The notes under the pieces: generated by a model
Seen by the model: the letters and a program-made list of their open reading frames with translations, nothing else
Database searches by the model: none
What the model was told of the DNA's origin: nothing
Position numbers and translations under genes: made by a program
Shown here: positions 1 to 9,617 of the stretch, piece by piece
Numbering within the stretch: the first letter of the stretch is position 1
Layout of the letters: each line of letters starts with the position of its first letter
NCBI GenBank assembly: GCA_049523215.1
Contig: JBEKNC010000008.1
Location: 12,689 to 76,688 of the forward strand
DNA: 64,000 nucleotides
Origin: Bacteroidota bacterium
GTDB lineage: Bacteria; Bacteroidota; Ignavibacteria; UBA10030
Direction of reading: 5' to 3'

Positions 1-215
1 ATCGTTTGTCCATCGCCCACCGCACCATGGTCGACGATGCTTACTGTTCGTTCTGGAAAGTTTGCTATTTGAATCTCGGGCATAGAAAAAGGTAAGCCGG
101 TAGTGTACGACTTGGGAACAGGTTGTGCCGAAGTTTGAGTGAATACAAGACTATACACTATGGTACAGAGGACTACTTGTATTCGTATAAGAACGGCGTA
201 GGTTTGTTTCATCAT
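1..215 (-). CDS. Glycoside hydrolase family 28 (polygalacturonase-like), N-terminal part; runs off the window start
   Basis: Not in the ORF track. Manual translation from ATG 215/212 (GGAG at 221-224) gives MMKQTYAVLIRIQVVLCTIVYSLVFTQTSAQ...MPEIQIANFPERTVSIVDHGAVGDGQT, a signal peptide followed by the GH28 N-terminal FP..xGAVGDG motif also seen in 16123-17523. Confidence 0.75.
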   Translation of the reverse strand, partial: MMKQTYAVLIRIQVVLCTIVYSLVFTQTSAQPVPKSYTTGLPFSMPEIQIANFPERTVSIVDHGAVGDGQT

Positions 216-224
216 TGATGCTCC

Positions 225-1925
225 TTAGTTATTTATTCTGAACCAATCAAAGTCAGAGTAACCATTTGATATACTCTCAAATGGACTCGAAGAAAATATT
301 CCTACTTTCGCTCCGATCCATTTACCTTCGCGTGCAACAAATTCCTTTCCGAGCGGTTTAAATACAGAACCATCTTCGCTGTAGCTGAAGCGGCACACAG
401 CTTCGGTATCTATCGCAACACGCAACATCACTGAATCTCTCATGAACAATACATCTGCTTCTTCTGTCTCTCCCGTCCCTTTGTCTGCATCCTTGCAGAC
501 GACTTTTGTAAGATGAACGCCGTCGGTTTTCTTCACTATTGAGATATAGGAATAATCAAGCCCCATCATGATGAGACCTGCTTTTTCGCCAACGTTTGCC
601 GGACTCAACATCACTTGCGTTGTTGCCATGAATTCTGGGGCTGGAAATTTTTGCAGCAATAAATTGGGAACACTCCAAAGATTAACATTGCTGTCCGGAA
701 TTACGATTGATCTTAATCGTAAAGCTCCCTTCTTCTCTTTCAACGAATACCACTGATGAGAATGATTCGCATGCCATTGCCACTGCAAACCTAACGCTGT
801 AGAATCAAACTCATCGCTTGTTTGAGGACAAGTGATGGAATAAATCTTTCCGACTTGCGGTTTTTTCCATGAGAGTACTGGTTCGCCTTTTCCATCACCA
901 TCCGGATCAACTCCGATGGTAGGCCAGTCACCGTTCCAAGTCATCGGCTGAAGGTGAACGATCCTGCCATAAGCGCCATGCCCCTGGAAATGAACAAACC
1001 ATGATTCACCGGTTTGCGTCTCTATCCAACCACCTTGATGCGGTCCATTGATTGCTGTTGTCCCTTGGTCAAGAACTATTTTGTCTTCGTATGGACCAAG
1101 AACATGTTTCGCCCGCAATACTGTCTGCCAACCATTTGCAACACCGCCGGCAGGTGCAAAGATGTAATAGTATGCATTCCGTCTATAGATTTTCGGCCCT
1201 TCTATTGTTGGATGATTTTTATGCCCGTCAAACACCATCACGCCGTCATCAAGAATTTGTTTGCCATCTGTACTCATCCGGTGGATAGTCAGCACACTGT
1301 TGAACCCGACTCGACTCTTCGCCCAAGCATGTACAAGATATACGTTACCATCGTCATCCCACAGCGGACATGGATCAATCCATCCTTTCGCTTGCCTCAC
1401 GAGAAGAAGCGGCTCCCATGGACCCGAAGGATTCTTAGCCTTGGACATATAAATTCCAAGATCAGGATCACCATAATACACATAGAACTCTCCGGCATGA
1501 AACCGTATGCTTGGTGCCCAGCATCCTTTGCCATGTTGAGGCTGTCTATATTCGGCTGATGGCAGATTTTCAGACACATGACCGATAATCGTCCAATTCA
1601 CTAAATCCTTAGAATGTAATACCGGCATCACTGGCGCGCAATTGAAACTTGACGACACCATATAGAAATCTTCTCCTACTCGAATAACATCAGGATCGGA
1701 ATAGTCGGCAAAAACGATCGGATTCGTGTATGTTCCGTCACCATTATCAGCTATCCACAGCGATTTGTTCTTACTTCGCTTGATTTCTCCTGATGCGATT
1801 TGAGCATATGAATATGACGGAAGAGTAACAGGAAGGGATACGACGACCAAGCATATAATTGTTCGCAGGTTTACATTTTCAATGAAACCGTGAAAATACC
1901 GCACTTGTTTTCTTTCAGTATTCAA
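225..1925 (-). CDS. Glycoside hydrolase family 43 (beta-xylosidase/arabinofuranosidase-like) with C-terminal beta-sandwich
   Basis: DYSDPDVIRVG, WAPSI, WIDPC, IEGPK and PHQG beta-propeller motifs; SDEF...LQWQW C-terminal domain; N-terminal hydrophobic signal. Confidence 0.9.
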   Translation of the reverse strand: MNTERKQVRYFHGFIENVNLRTIICLVVVSLPVTLPSYSYAQIASGEIKRSKNKSLWIADNGDGTYTNPIVFADYSDPDVIRVGEDFYMVSSSFNCAPVMPVLHSKDLVNWTIIGHVSENLPSAEYRQPQHGKGCWAPSIRFHAGEFYVYYGDPDLGIYMSKAKNPSGPWEPLLLVRQAKGWIDPCPLWDDDGNVYLVHAWAKSRVGFNSVLTIHRMSTDGKQILDDGVMVFDGHKNHPTIEGPKIYRRNAYYYIFAPAGGVANGWQTVLRAKHVLGPYEDKIVLDQGTTAINGPHQGGWIETQTGESWFVHFQGHGAYGRIVHLQPMTWNGDWPTIGVDPDGDGKGEPVLSWKKPQVGKIYSITCPQTSDEFDSTALGLQWQWHANHSHQWYSLKEKKGALRLRSIVIPDSNVNLWSVPNLLLQKFPAPEFMATTQVMLSPANVGEKAGLIMMGLDYSYISIVKKTDGVHLTKVVCKDADKGTGETEEADVLFMRDSVMLRVAIDTEAVCRFSYSEDGSVFKPLGKEFVAREGKWIGAKVGIFSSSPFESISNGYSDFDWFRINN

Positions 1926-2956
1926 GCAATAACTTTATTCACGCAGGTCTTACACAATACTAGCCTTGTTGGTAGCGTAATTGTTCGCGGAAGACTCTTG
2001 TTTTTTTGTTTGACATTTTCGATCGTCAACTCCAGAGCCTTCCTTCCCAATTCTTTTGTCGGTTGTTCTACATAGCTCATCGGAGGCGAAAGAAATTGAT
2101 TTAATCCGCCGCTGTTTCCAAAGGAAATAATATCAATATCCTTAGGAATAGTCAGACCATAGTGCTGGACCGCACGATACACACCTAACGCTACAGGGAA
2201 TGTAACGGCAAAAATCACTTCCGGCAGATTGCCTGAGTCATAGATTGTTTTGAATCCCTTAGTACCATCTTCCTCGCTAAATCCGCCATTCACTATCCAC
2301 TCTGGTCTGATGGAAAGCCCATATTTTTTCATCGCAGATTTATACCCTAACAACCGCTCTTTCCCAATATTAATATGTGTATACCCAGCAAAATGCGCGA
2401 TCTTCCTATAACCAACTTTAATTGCTTGTTCTACTGCAGAAAAAGCCCCGCCCTGATCATCTGCGACTACACTATTAAATCCTTGTATATTAATCACTCG
2501 ATCCATGAATGTGAGAGGAATTCCCCATTTCTTTATCTTTTGAAAGATTGCATCATCTTTCGTTTGCTGTGACACCGAAATAATCAGGCCGTCGACGCGC
2601 ATTGAGAGAAGCGATCGGATATGTTGTAACTCACGTTCCGCATTCTCCTGCGATACTGTGAGAATAATTTCATACTTTTGTTCAAACGCTGAGTCATAAA
2701 TAGCTTCAATGACATTAGAGAAGAAAGAATGAGCGATTTTGGGAACAATGACGCCTATTGTCCTTGAGGAATTCGAGGAGAGATTTCTTGCCATGTAATT
2801 TGGAATGTATCCCAAATCGCGGGCGACTCGCTTGATTTTTTCCTTGGTCGTAGAAGAAATATCTGGATGTCCACGGAGAGCTTTCGATACTGTCACTTTC
2901 GAGACATTTACTTTTTTTGCTATATCAGCAAGTGTTATCTGAAATTTTTTCGTCAT
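1922..2956 (-). CDS. LacI-family transcriptional regulator
   Basis: HTH TLADIAKKVNVSKVTVSKAL, hinge YIPNYMARNL, periplasmic-binding-protein-like effector domain. Confidence 0.95.
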   Translation of the reverse strand: MTKKFQITLADIAKKVNVSKVTVSKALRGHPDISSTTKEKIKRVARDLGYIPNYMARNLSSNSSRTIGVIVPKIAHSFFSNVIEAIYDSAFEQKYEIILTVSQENAERELQHIRSLLSMRVDGLIISVSQQTKDDAIFQKIKKWGIPLTFMDRVINIQGFNSVVADDQGGAFSAVEQAIKVGYRKIAHFAGYTHINIGKERLLGYKSAMKKYGLSIRPEWIVNGGFSEEDGTKGFKTIYDSGNLPEVIFAVTFPVALGVYRAVQHYGLTIPKDIDIISFGNSGGLNQFLSPPMSYVEQPTKELGRKALELTIENVKQKNKSLPRTITLPTRLVLCKTCVNKVIA

Positions 2957-3359
2957 CTATGCATGTTCCTCGTACGGCAATAAAGACGGAGTATCCAATA
3001 TTCGGAATCACTATCTATGCAAATAATAGTAATTCTCTTCGATCACGAATAATAATTCCTGTTATGCGCGGCTGCCGATTCCCATGTATCCTTAAGAACA
3101 TCCCACGAAAGCGCCGCCGGCCACACGGAGAGCTTGACCAGTTTCACATTTCCAATAAAAAAAACTTTCCCCAGGTTTATTCATCGATTTGGGATCAAAA
3201 TGTACGTTTACGCCAGCTGAAAGCACTATACTGCATGACTAGTTGCTGGAATCGGGATTAAGCAAACAACGATCAAGCAGTTCTTTCATTACAGGTACCA
3301 TAGTTTTCATTTTACTTTATCAATAAGATGGTGACCACAACCCGAGTATAAAAATATTT

Positions 3360-4910
3360 CTATCGCGCTGGAATCGCTGCATTGCTTAAAAGCCATTGGA
3401 AAAGATTTCTTCCTGTCTTACTATTCTCGTAATCAATTGGAAGTCGGCGTGTATCCATGTACTCATTATACAACCAGGGATCACCTACTGCGAATACCAG
3501 GCCCTTCCCAACACGTGCTGACGCCATGAGCACCAAATCATTCTCAGTAAGAATCGGTTTTGCCGGCTTTTCAATTTTGAGCGAACAAATCTCTTTCATG
3601 AAAATCTGTTTCACATCTTTAAAGATGGGATGTGCTGGCAGATGATCGTTCTTCCCTGTCTCATAATTGCTACCAATAACTTTATGATAACAGTCTTCGT
3701 TAAAATGAATGTCAAAATGTTCCGATAAATGATTGAGATGTTCGAACTCCATGTTTCCTTTATCATTTCCCATCAGCACCAACACTCCGCCTCGTTCTAC
3801 CCAGGGAACTATTACTTTGATTGCATCTTCTGAAATGTAATTGGGTTGTCTAGGTTTAGTTTCATCAGGTGTATCGGGATCCACAATAATATATATGCTG
3901 AAGCGATTCAAAGATGAATCAGTGGGAGAGCTCTGAAGCGAATCAAGTTCAGCACCGAGAAGATCAATACTTCTGCCTAACTGAGAAAAACCGCTGTCTG
4001 TTGTATCTTCCCATACATAATGCCAGCGTTCAAGAACAGAATCTTTTTTCGATCTCCATTCGTTATTAAAGAAGTAATCGAGCCCAACAACTTTTCCTTC
4101 ACCAACCAAATTCTTGGTTTGTGCTGGTATGAGCTCTTTTTCTAATGGCAGGTGCAATTCTTTGATTCCTTCAACAACGAATGAAGCCATTTGAATTGCG
4201 CCTGTTCGTGTAAAATGTGTGTTGTCTCGTTTTTTATTCCACAGACGAAACTCGTTTTGTTTTACGCCGGCAAGATAAAGTTCTTTTGATGGTGCATCGC
4301 CCAATTTTATTACCAACTGCTTTGTTTTCTCAAACATATCAATGAGCGGAACATTCTCTTCCTTCGCGACTTCTTTCATCACAGCCGGGTATTCGCCATG
4401 AGTACCAACATATTGTCCATTTTTATCGAAATCCCGCCGTGTAATTGGCGTTAAGAGAATTGGAATTGCCGATTTCTCACGCGTTTCATGAATAATTCTT
4501 TTTAGATTATCTTTATAGTCAGGATGTGGGGCAGCGTATCGTAAAGTGTCTTCCTTTTTTGCATCATTATGGCCAAACTGAATAAAAACGTAATCATCCG
4601 GTTGAAGTTGGTCATACACTTTCTTCCAGTGTCCTTCAGCAAGAAAATTTTTAGTACTGCGGCCATTGACCGCATAATTCATGATATGTACATATTGAGA
4701 AAAGAACATGGGGAACATTTGTCCCCAACCATGTTCCGGATTATCGGCGAGCGGTTTATCCGCCATTGTTGAATCGCCAATGAGAAAAATGCGGGTTGTC
4801 CTTTGAGACAAGCATGCAACAAAAAGCATAATAATGCAGCAAGCAATAAAAGGCCAGAACAAGCGTCTCATGTTCATAGAATAGTTCGACATTTCATACT
4901 CACCTTTCAT
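3360..4910 (-). CDS. Rhamnogalacturonan/pectin acetylesterase (CE12, SGNH) fused to a C-terminal DUF4350-like (GATase-fold) domain; probable lipoprotein
   Basis: SGNH blocks IGDST, GRST, QFGHND, DNTHF; lipobox-like FVA-C; second half GLDYFFNNE...IIVDPDT...GGVLVLMGND...GDPWLYNEY. The start may be a few codons downstream. Confidence 0.85.
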   Translation of the reverse strand: MKGEYEMSNYSMNMRRLFWPFIACCIIMLFVACLSQRTTRIFLIGDSTMADKPLADNPEHGWGQMFPMFFSQYVHIMNYAVNGRSTKNFLAEGHWKKVYDQLQPDDYVFIQFGHNDAKKEDTLRYAAPHPDYKDNLKRIIHETREKSAIPILLTPITRRDFDKNGQYVGTHGEYPAVMKEVAKEENVPLIDMFEKTKQLVIKLGDAPSKELYLAGVKQNEFRLWNKKRDNTHFTRTGAIQMASFVVEGIKELHLPLEKELIPAQTKNLVGEGKVVGLDYFFNNEWRSKKDSVLERWHYVWEDTTDSGFSQLGRSIDLLGAELDSLQSSPTDSSLNRFSIYIIVDPDTPDETKPRQPNYISEDAIKVIVPWVERGGVLVLMGNDKGNMEFEHLNHLSEHFDIHFNEDCYHKVIGSNYETGKNDHLPAHPIFKDVKQIFMKEICSLKIEKPAKPILTENDLVLMASARVGKGLVFAVGDPWLYNEYMDTRRLPIDYENSKTGRNLFQWLLSNAAIPAR

Positions 4911-4911
4911 C

Positions 4912-6117
4912 TCATTTTACATTTGGTACTGTCATACATTTTTTTTCTAGTTCAAGAGCCGCAAGAATAAATGGGCCGATCGCCTTAAAGTCATTCGTTC
5001 GTTGTTTCTCATGAATATAATATTCATAGCTTCCATCGCGGTATGGAATTCCACCTAAACCCGCTCCTTGGCATGTATGATGCAAAAAGATTAATCCTTT
5101 CTCATCCACAGTTACCATGGAATCAAGAATTCCCTTAAATGATTTTTGTGCAACTGCCAAATACGATGTATCGAGATATCCTTTGTCGGCGCCTTTTGCA
5201 AACGCATAGACAAACATGCACGATGCGGAGGACTCAAGATAATTCCCTGCACGGCTTCCTTGGTCGAGAACCTGATACCATAATCCTGAATATGGTTCGC
5301 GATACTTCAAGAGCGCCGCAGATTCTCGTTGCAGAATTGCGATGAGTTCAGCACGCTTTGGATAATCCTGTGGAAGATAATCCAACACATCCACGATTGC
5401 CCACATATACCATCCCATTGCCCTGCCCCAAAAGTGCGGCGATACGCCTGTTTCTGGATTTGCCCATTTCTGCTGTTTGCTTTCATCCCATGCATGATAC
5501 AGCAATCCAGTTTTTGGATCACGGGTATGATGTTCTATAAAGATAAATTGATTGGCGATATCATCAAACACAGACGGCTCATTGAACATATGCGCGTACT
5601 CCGCATAAAACGGTTCTGCCATATAAAGACCATCCAGCCACATTTGGTAAGGATAAATCTTTTTATGCCAAAAGCCTCCTTCATTCGTCCGAGGCTGGTT
5701 AGCAATCTGCTTACGCAGAGTATCGGCGGCAATTTTATACTTTTTTTCACCCGTTGCTTTAAAAAGTTCCAGCAGTTGTCTGCCGGTTGCAATATAATCG
5801 GAATTGAAGGAAGAATAATCATAGGTCAGGATGGATCCATCATTCTGCACATAGAGATCCATCTGCTTCTTGATATAGTCGAGGTAGGTTTTATTCTCGG
5901 TGGCAAGATAGACTTGATATACTCCCTGGAGCACTACTCCGCGTTCATAATCCCACCACGCGCTGTAGGGTACACCGGCGTACCGAATAGTATCCGGATG
6001 AGCACGGATAAAGCTATCGACAATCTTTTGAGAGAACCTGTTTTCCTGTGAATTCAGCTGTTGAATGGATGAACAACTGCAGAAAAGTACAAAAGCTCCA
6101 ACAATCCAATGTTTCAT
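4912..6117 (-). CDS. Unsaturated rhamnogalacturonyl hydrolase (GH105, YteR-like); probable lipoprotein
   Basis: WHKKIYPYQMWLDGLYMAEPF, FWGRAMGW and YLESSAS motifs. Start moved to ATG 6117 (upstream AGGAG; signal MKHWIVGAFVLFCSC) because the ORF-track start lies inside a stem-loop. Confidence 0.9.
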   Translation of the reverse strand: MKHWIVGAFVLFCSCSSIQQLNSQENRFSQKIVDSFIRAHPDTIRYAGVPYSAWWDYERGVVLQGVYQVYLATENKTYLDYIKKQMDLYVQNDGSILTYDYSSFNSDYIATGRQLLELFKATGEKKYKIAADTLRKQIANQPRTNEGGFWHKKIYPYQMWLDGLYMAEPFYAEYAHMFNEPSVFDDIANQFIFIEHHTRDPKTGLLYHAWDESKQQKWANPETGVSPHFWGRAMGWYMWAIVDVLDYLPQDYPKRAELIAILQRESAALLKYREPYSGLWYQVLDQGSRAGNYLESSASCMFVYAFAKGADKGYLDTSYLAVAQKSFKGILDSMVTVDEKGLIFLHHTCQGAGLGGIPYRDGSYEYYIHEKQRTNDFKAIGPFILAALELEKKCMTVPNVK

Positions 6118-6160
6118 AATTTGACTTACTCCTATTTCTCCAATATCTGATATGAATACT

Positions 6161-6208
6161 CTTGCCCACCCTGGACTCCAACATCTCGGACGCTCCAGGG
6201 TGGGCAAG
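6161..6208 (-). other. Strong intergenic stem-loop (15-bp perfect inverted repeat) without a U-tract
   Basis: CTTGCCCACCCTGGA (6161-6175) and TCCAGGGTGGGCAAG (6194-6208), just 3' of the T9SS gene. Confidence 0.8.
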
Positions 6209-6243
6209 CAAGTACAAACCGCTACAATGTAACTTCCTTCAAA

Positions 6244-8040
6244 TTACTTCATCAAAATCATACGCTTGACATCAACCGACTGGCCAGCTTCGATCCGGCA
6301 GAGATACACACCAGAGCTCAGATGATCTGCTTTGAAAGTAACGGGATACGTTCCGGCTTCTTGATGGCCGGAGAATAAGGTTGCCACTTGCTGACCTAAT
6401 AAATTATATACTGTCACCGTTACATAGGATGCCTTCGGAATTCCATAGGTGATAATGGTGGAAGGATTGAACGGGTTGGGATAGTTCTGATTCACAAAGA
6501 ACGATTTGGGAATCGTACTTGTTGTCTGTGATTTCACGCCAATCAAGGTTTGAATTTCTCCAACCGTCCAGACACCATTGATATTAATTCCCGCATTGGT
6601 GGCAGCCACATGTGTTGTGGCATTTGTAACCAGTCCCTTCGGGGCCCATACTGTTCCAGTTCCAGTATACCACATGGGAACAAAATTGGTTTCAGTCGCA
6701 GTCCCCGGTATATCGGCAGGGTCATAACTAAACTGTAACCCAGCACTGGTTATACCTGCATCAGCAGTGACGGTCCAATAACGCCGCAATGCCGTGGTCG
6801 TATCACTCAAATGAGAATTCGCAGGAGTCGATGCTGTAATCGTTACTGTTCCAGAACCTGCTGTCCCTGTTGCAATTGCATAATTGTTATAAAGGGTGCT
6901 GTTTGTTCCGGTGCAAGTAACACTACCATTTGAAGTTCCATAGGTGGCCTTCAAAGACCCGCCGCTATCGACGACTAGAACGCCGGTTCCGCTAAGAATA
7001 TTTGTGCCTATGTCCAACGTCGAACCGTTTGCAACCTCATAGCTAAATGCAGAAGAAGATCCGATAGTGGCATTGCTCAAAGTTAAAGTTTGAGTACCCG
7101 ATTTCGCAAAAACAATTTTTGCATTGTTATTCGAAGTAGTTAATGAGCAGGAAGAAAATGTTACGTTGCCGTATACATACCAGTAAACTGGACCGACTGA
7201 ACCCCGTTGCATTGACCACCATGAGGTGGAAGTTCCACTTCCGTTGACAGTCAGATTCCCCAATACATTAATCTGATAGTTCGTCAAGCCGCCTTGCAGA
7301 GCATTGCTGGTACCATGTGGACCGAATTGCCCATTATACTGAATCATATCGCCCTTGATTGTAATAGGGGCAGTATAGATTTGCGGCGAACCAGCTGAAC
7401 CGGGAGATGTTAAATAAATTCTTCCGCTGGCTCCAGTCGCGCGTACAGTAAAATTGCCCTTGATCGTATCATTAACCCCAGTCATATTCATATTGAGGTT
7501 TCCAGTCTGAGTGGGACAATTCCATTCAAAATTGTAATAAGACTGGTCTAAGTTTTTGGGTACTGTATCCATAAGAACTGAACCAAGCGATATTAAACAC
7601 GTCGAACCCGTTGCCCATGTCGCTTTTGGAAGTGATCCATAGTCCCGTGCATGTTTGTACACTCCGTTGACAATCATCGAACCGCCACCAGCAACTGTAA
7701 TTCCTGTCAACATAGATCGTGTTACAGGCGGGCCAACAGTAACAGTATCACTGGCACTTACAACCAAGGTCGCCAACGAATCGACAAATACAGAATCCAC
7801 GACCACGTTCGCAGTGATGGTGATTGTATGATTAGCAAGTATTTCTATCTTGCCGACACTGGAATCAGGAGTAACGGTAGCAGCGATCCATGCGGCTCCA
7901 TTATATTTTTGCCAGGAAGCTATTGCATTCCAGTTGCCTGACCCAGCTGATCGATAATCATTCGTCACCTGAGCAAACACCGCAATTACAGAAATGAGCA
8001 GAAGCCCTGTAATTGCAAAAATTGTACGCATCGATCTCAT
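6244..8040 (-). CDS. Secreted T/G/S/N-rich beta-strand protein with T9SS type A C-terminal sorting domain
   Basis: Signal peptide MRSMRTIFAITGLLLISVIAVFA (AAGGAG upstream of ATG 8040); DYRSAGSGNW N-terminus; CTD QNYPNPFNPST...SGVYLCRI...KRMILMK. Confidence 0.85.
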   Translation of the reverse strand: MRSMRTIFAITGLLLISVIAVFAQVTNDYRSAGSGNWNAIASWQKYNGAAWIAATVTPDSSVGKIEILANHTITITANVVVDSVFVDSLATLVVSASDTVTVGPPVTRSMLTGITVAGGGSMIVNGVYKHARDYGSLPKATWATGSTCLISLGSVLMDTVPKNLDQSYYNFEWNCPTQTGNLNMNMTGVNDTIKGNFTVRATGASGRIYLTSPGSAGSPQIYTAPITIKGDMIQYNGQFGPHGTSNALQGGLTNYQINVLGNLTVNGSGTSTSWWSMQRGSVGPVYWYVYGNVTFSSCSLTTSNNNAKIVFAKSGTQTLTLSNATIGSSSAFSYEVANGSTLDIGTNILSGTGVLVVDSGGSLKATYGTSNGSVTCTGTNSTLYNNYAIATGTAGSGTVTITASTPANSHLSDTTTALRRYWTVTADAGITSAGLQFSYDPADIPGTATETNFVPMWYTGTGTVWAPKGLVTNATTHVAATNAGININGVWTVGEIQTLIGVKSQTTSTIPKSFFVNQNYPNPFNPSTIITYGIPKASYVTVTVYNLLGQQVATLFSGHQEAGTYPVTFKADHLSSGVYLCRIEAGQSVDVKRMILMK

Positions 8041-8126
8041 ATGATGTCTCCTTATATATTGATGAATAATTGATTGAACCAATAAATCTATCGCCACATC
8101 TTGTGGTCTATTTGGTTACAGCAACG

Positions 8127-9617
8127 CTATTGTAGAGTATACGAAAGACCAAGAATAATATTTTGAAGAGTCCGACTATTCATATTAACATTCGTTATCC
8201 ACATATCTTCATAGCTCAATGTTGAATATTCATAAGCAAGATTGAGTTGCACATTACGATATTTCACACCGCATCCAATTGCATACACTGAGGAGGTGAT
8301 CGCCTCTGAACTAATATAGGTGTTTTGAGGAGTAAAGACATCCGTCTGTTTACTATACCCGCATCTCAGCGCAAGCCACGGAATGGGATTATACTCGAGG
8401 CCGGCTTTAAATTTATACCCATCAAGCCACGGCTCTAATGAAATTCCGCCCGCCGTATATTGTGCAGTACTATAGGGCAGATATTCGTATTCAACATTGA
8501 ATGAAACATCCTCACGAAGTGCAATACCCATCCCCACAGACCCTCGCAACGGTAATTTCATCTCATCCGAGCTGCTTACAGGAACTGAGACAGAATTCGA
8601 TCCTGCCGAATCCGTTTGGAGTGTCCCTTTGTAATCACGAGAGATCGTTGTCGGAGGCTTGACTGCCACACCAAAAGTAACAAATCGCCCCTGGTATGTG
8701 CAACTGATGGTATACTCTTGCCCGCTAAAATCCGATGTTCCGACAAGAGAACTGTTATAAGGATAGGAATACAGTCCAAAAAAGGTTTGATGCATGATAA
8801 GCAAACCGCGCCCAACATGATAACTATAATCATTCGTTGTCCCTTTTAACAACTGAGCGCTCACACCAAGAGAGAATTTATCCGAGAATGCCACAGAGAC
8901 AGCACCGCCAAATCCGTAAATAGATCCTTCTCGTTTTTGAATTGTCTGGAACCATGTAACAGGAAGAGCATCCTGATTAGCGTCCGAGAGAGGATGATTA
9001 AACGGTGCCGGCCTGTACGAACCAATATCAGGATTTAAGTTATTACTGTTTGCGTAATAATAATCTAAATTAGCATATTCGAAAGTGCCAAGGCCCGCCG
9101 CGAACTTCATTTTCCCCAAGGAAAAAGGTACTGCAAGGAATGCTTGAAGAGGCATGCTCGAATTCTTCGTATACTTCCAATTAGGCTGGATTTTATCCAA
9201 TTGCCGTTGTACCGTATCCCTAGCTATCGAACCACTATTATAGAGTGTATCTGGGACTCTTGGTATAGTGATTGTATCCGACAATCCTCCCAGTAAAAGG
9301 CTAAAATTCGGATAACTTTGCATAGGAAACCATTGCTGCGTTTGATCATTTGTTTTATATCGCTGATAGCCGCCGATGGATACCTGAATGCTCCCAATCG
9401 TTTGTAGCGCAGCTGGATTGGCAAACATGAGCGAAACATCATTCTTAACGGACAAGGTCACACCACCCATTGCGCGCGAAATGACAGAAGGATCCGTTGT
9501 TTGGTTCAATCCCTCTGTTGTAAGAATTTTATTATAATCTTGCGAAAAAACAACTGGAGAAAAAACAAATACCAGCAGGCAAGGTATGAGAAGGAATTTC
9601 GTCTTGTTGTTCATCAT
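8127..9617 (-). CDS. Outer-membrane beta-barrel of the FadL/PorV superfamily
   Basis: Signal peptide; N-terminal SRAMGG...LMFANPAAL hatch-like motif; amphipathic strands ending LGLSYTLQ; start overlaps the upstream stop. Confidence 0.7.
   Translation of the reverse strand: MMNNKTKFLLIPCLLVFVFSPVVFSQDYNKILTTEGLNQTTDPSVISRAMGGVTLSVKNDVSLMFANPAALQTIGSIQVSIGGYQRYKTNDQTQQWFPMQSYPNFSLLLGGLSDTITIPRVPDTLYNSGSIARDTVQRQLDKIQPNWKYTKNSSMPLQAFLAVPFSLGKMKFAAGLGTFEYANLDYYYANSNNLNPDIGSYRPAPFNHPLSDANQDALPVTWFQTIQKREGSIYGFGGAVSVAFSDKFSLGVSAQLLKGTTNDYSYHVGRGLLIMHQTFFGLYSYPYNSSLVGTSDFSGQEYTISCTYQGRFVTFGVAVKPPTTISRDYKGTLQTDSAGSNSVSVPVSSSDEMKLPLRGSVGMGIALREDVSFNVEYEYLPYSTAQYTAGGISLEPWLDGYKFKAGLEYNPIPWLALRCGYSKQTDVFTPQNTYISSEAITSSVYAIGCGVKYRNVQLNLAYEYSTLSYEDMWITNVNMNSRTLQNIILGLSYTLQ

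Noticed and set aside
2957-3359. 400-bp gap and ORF 2917-3261 as a gene, ncRNA or transposase remnant
   Set aside because: No recognisable motif, RBS or stable structure; the faint IIRD..EL resemblance to REP-associated transposases is too weak to support.
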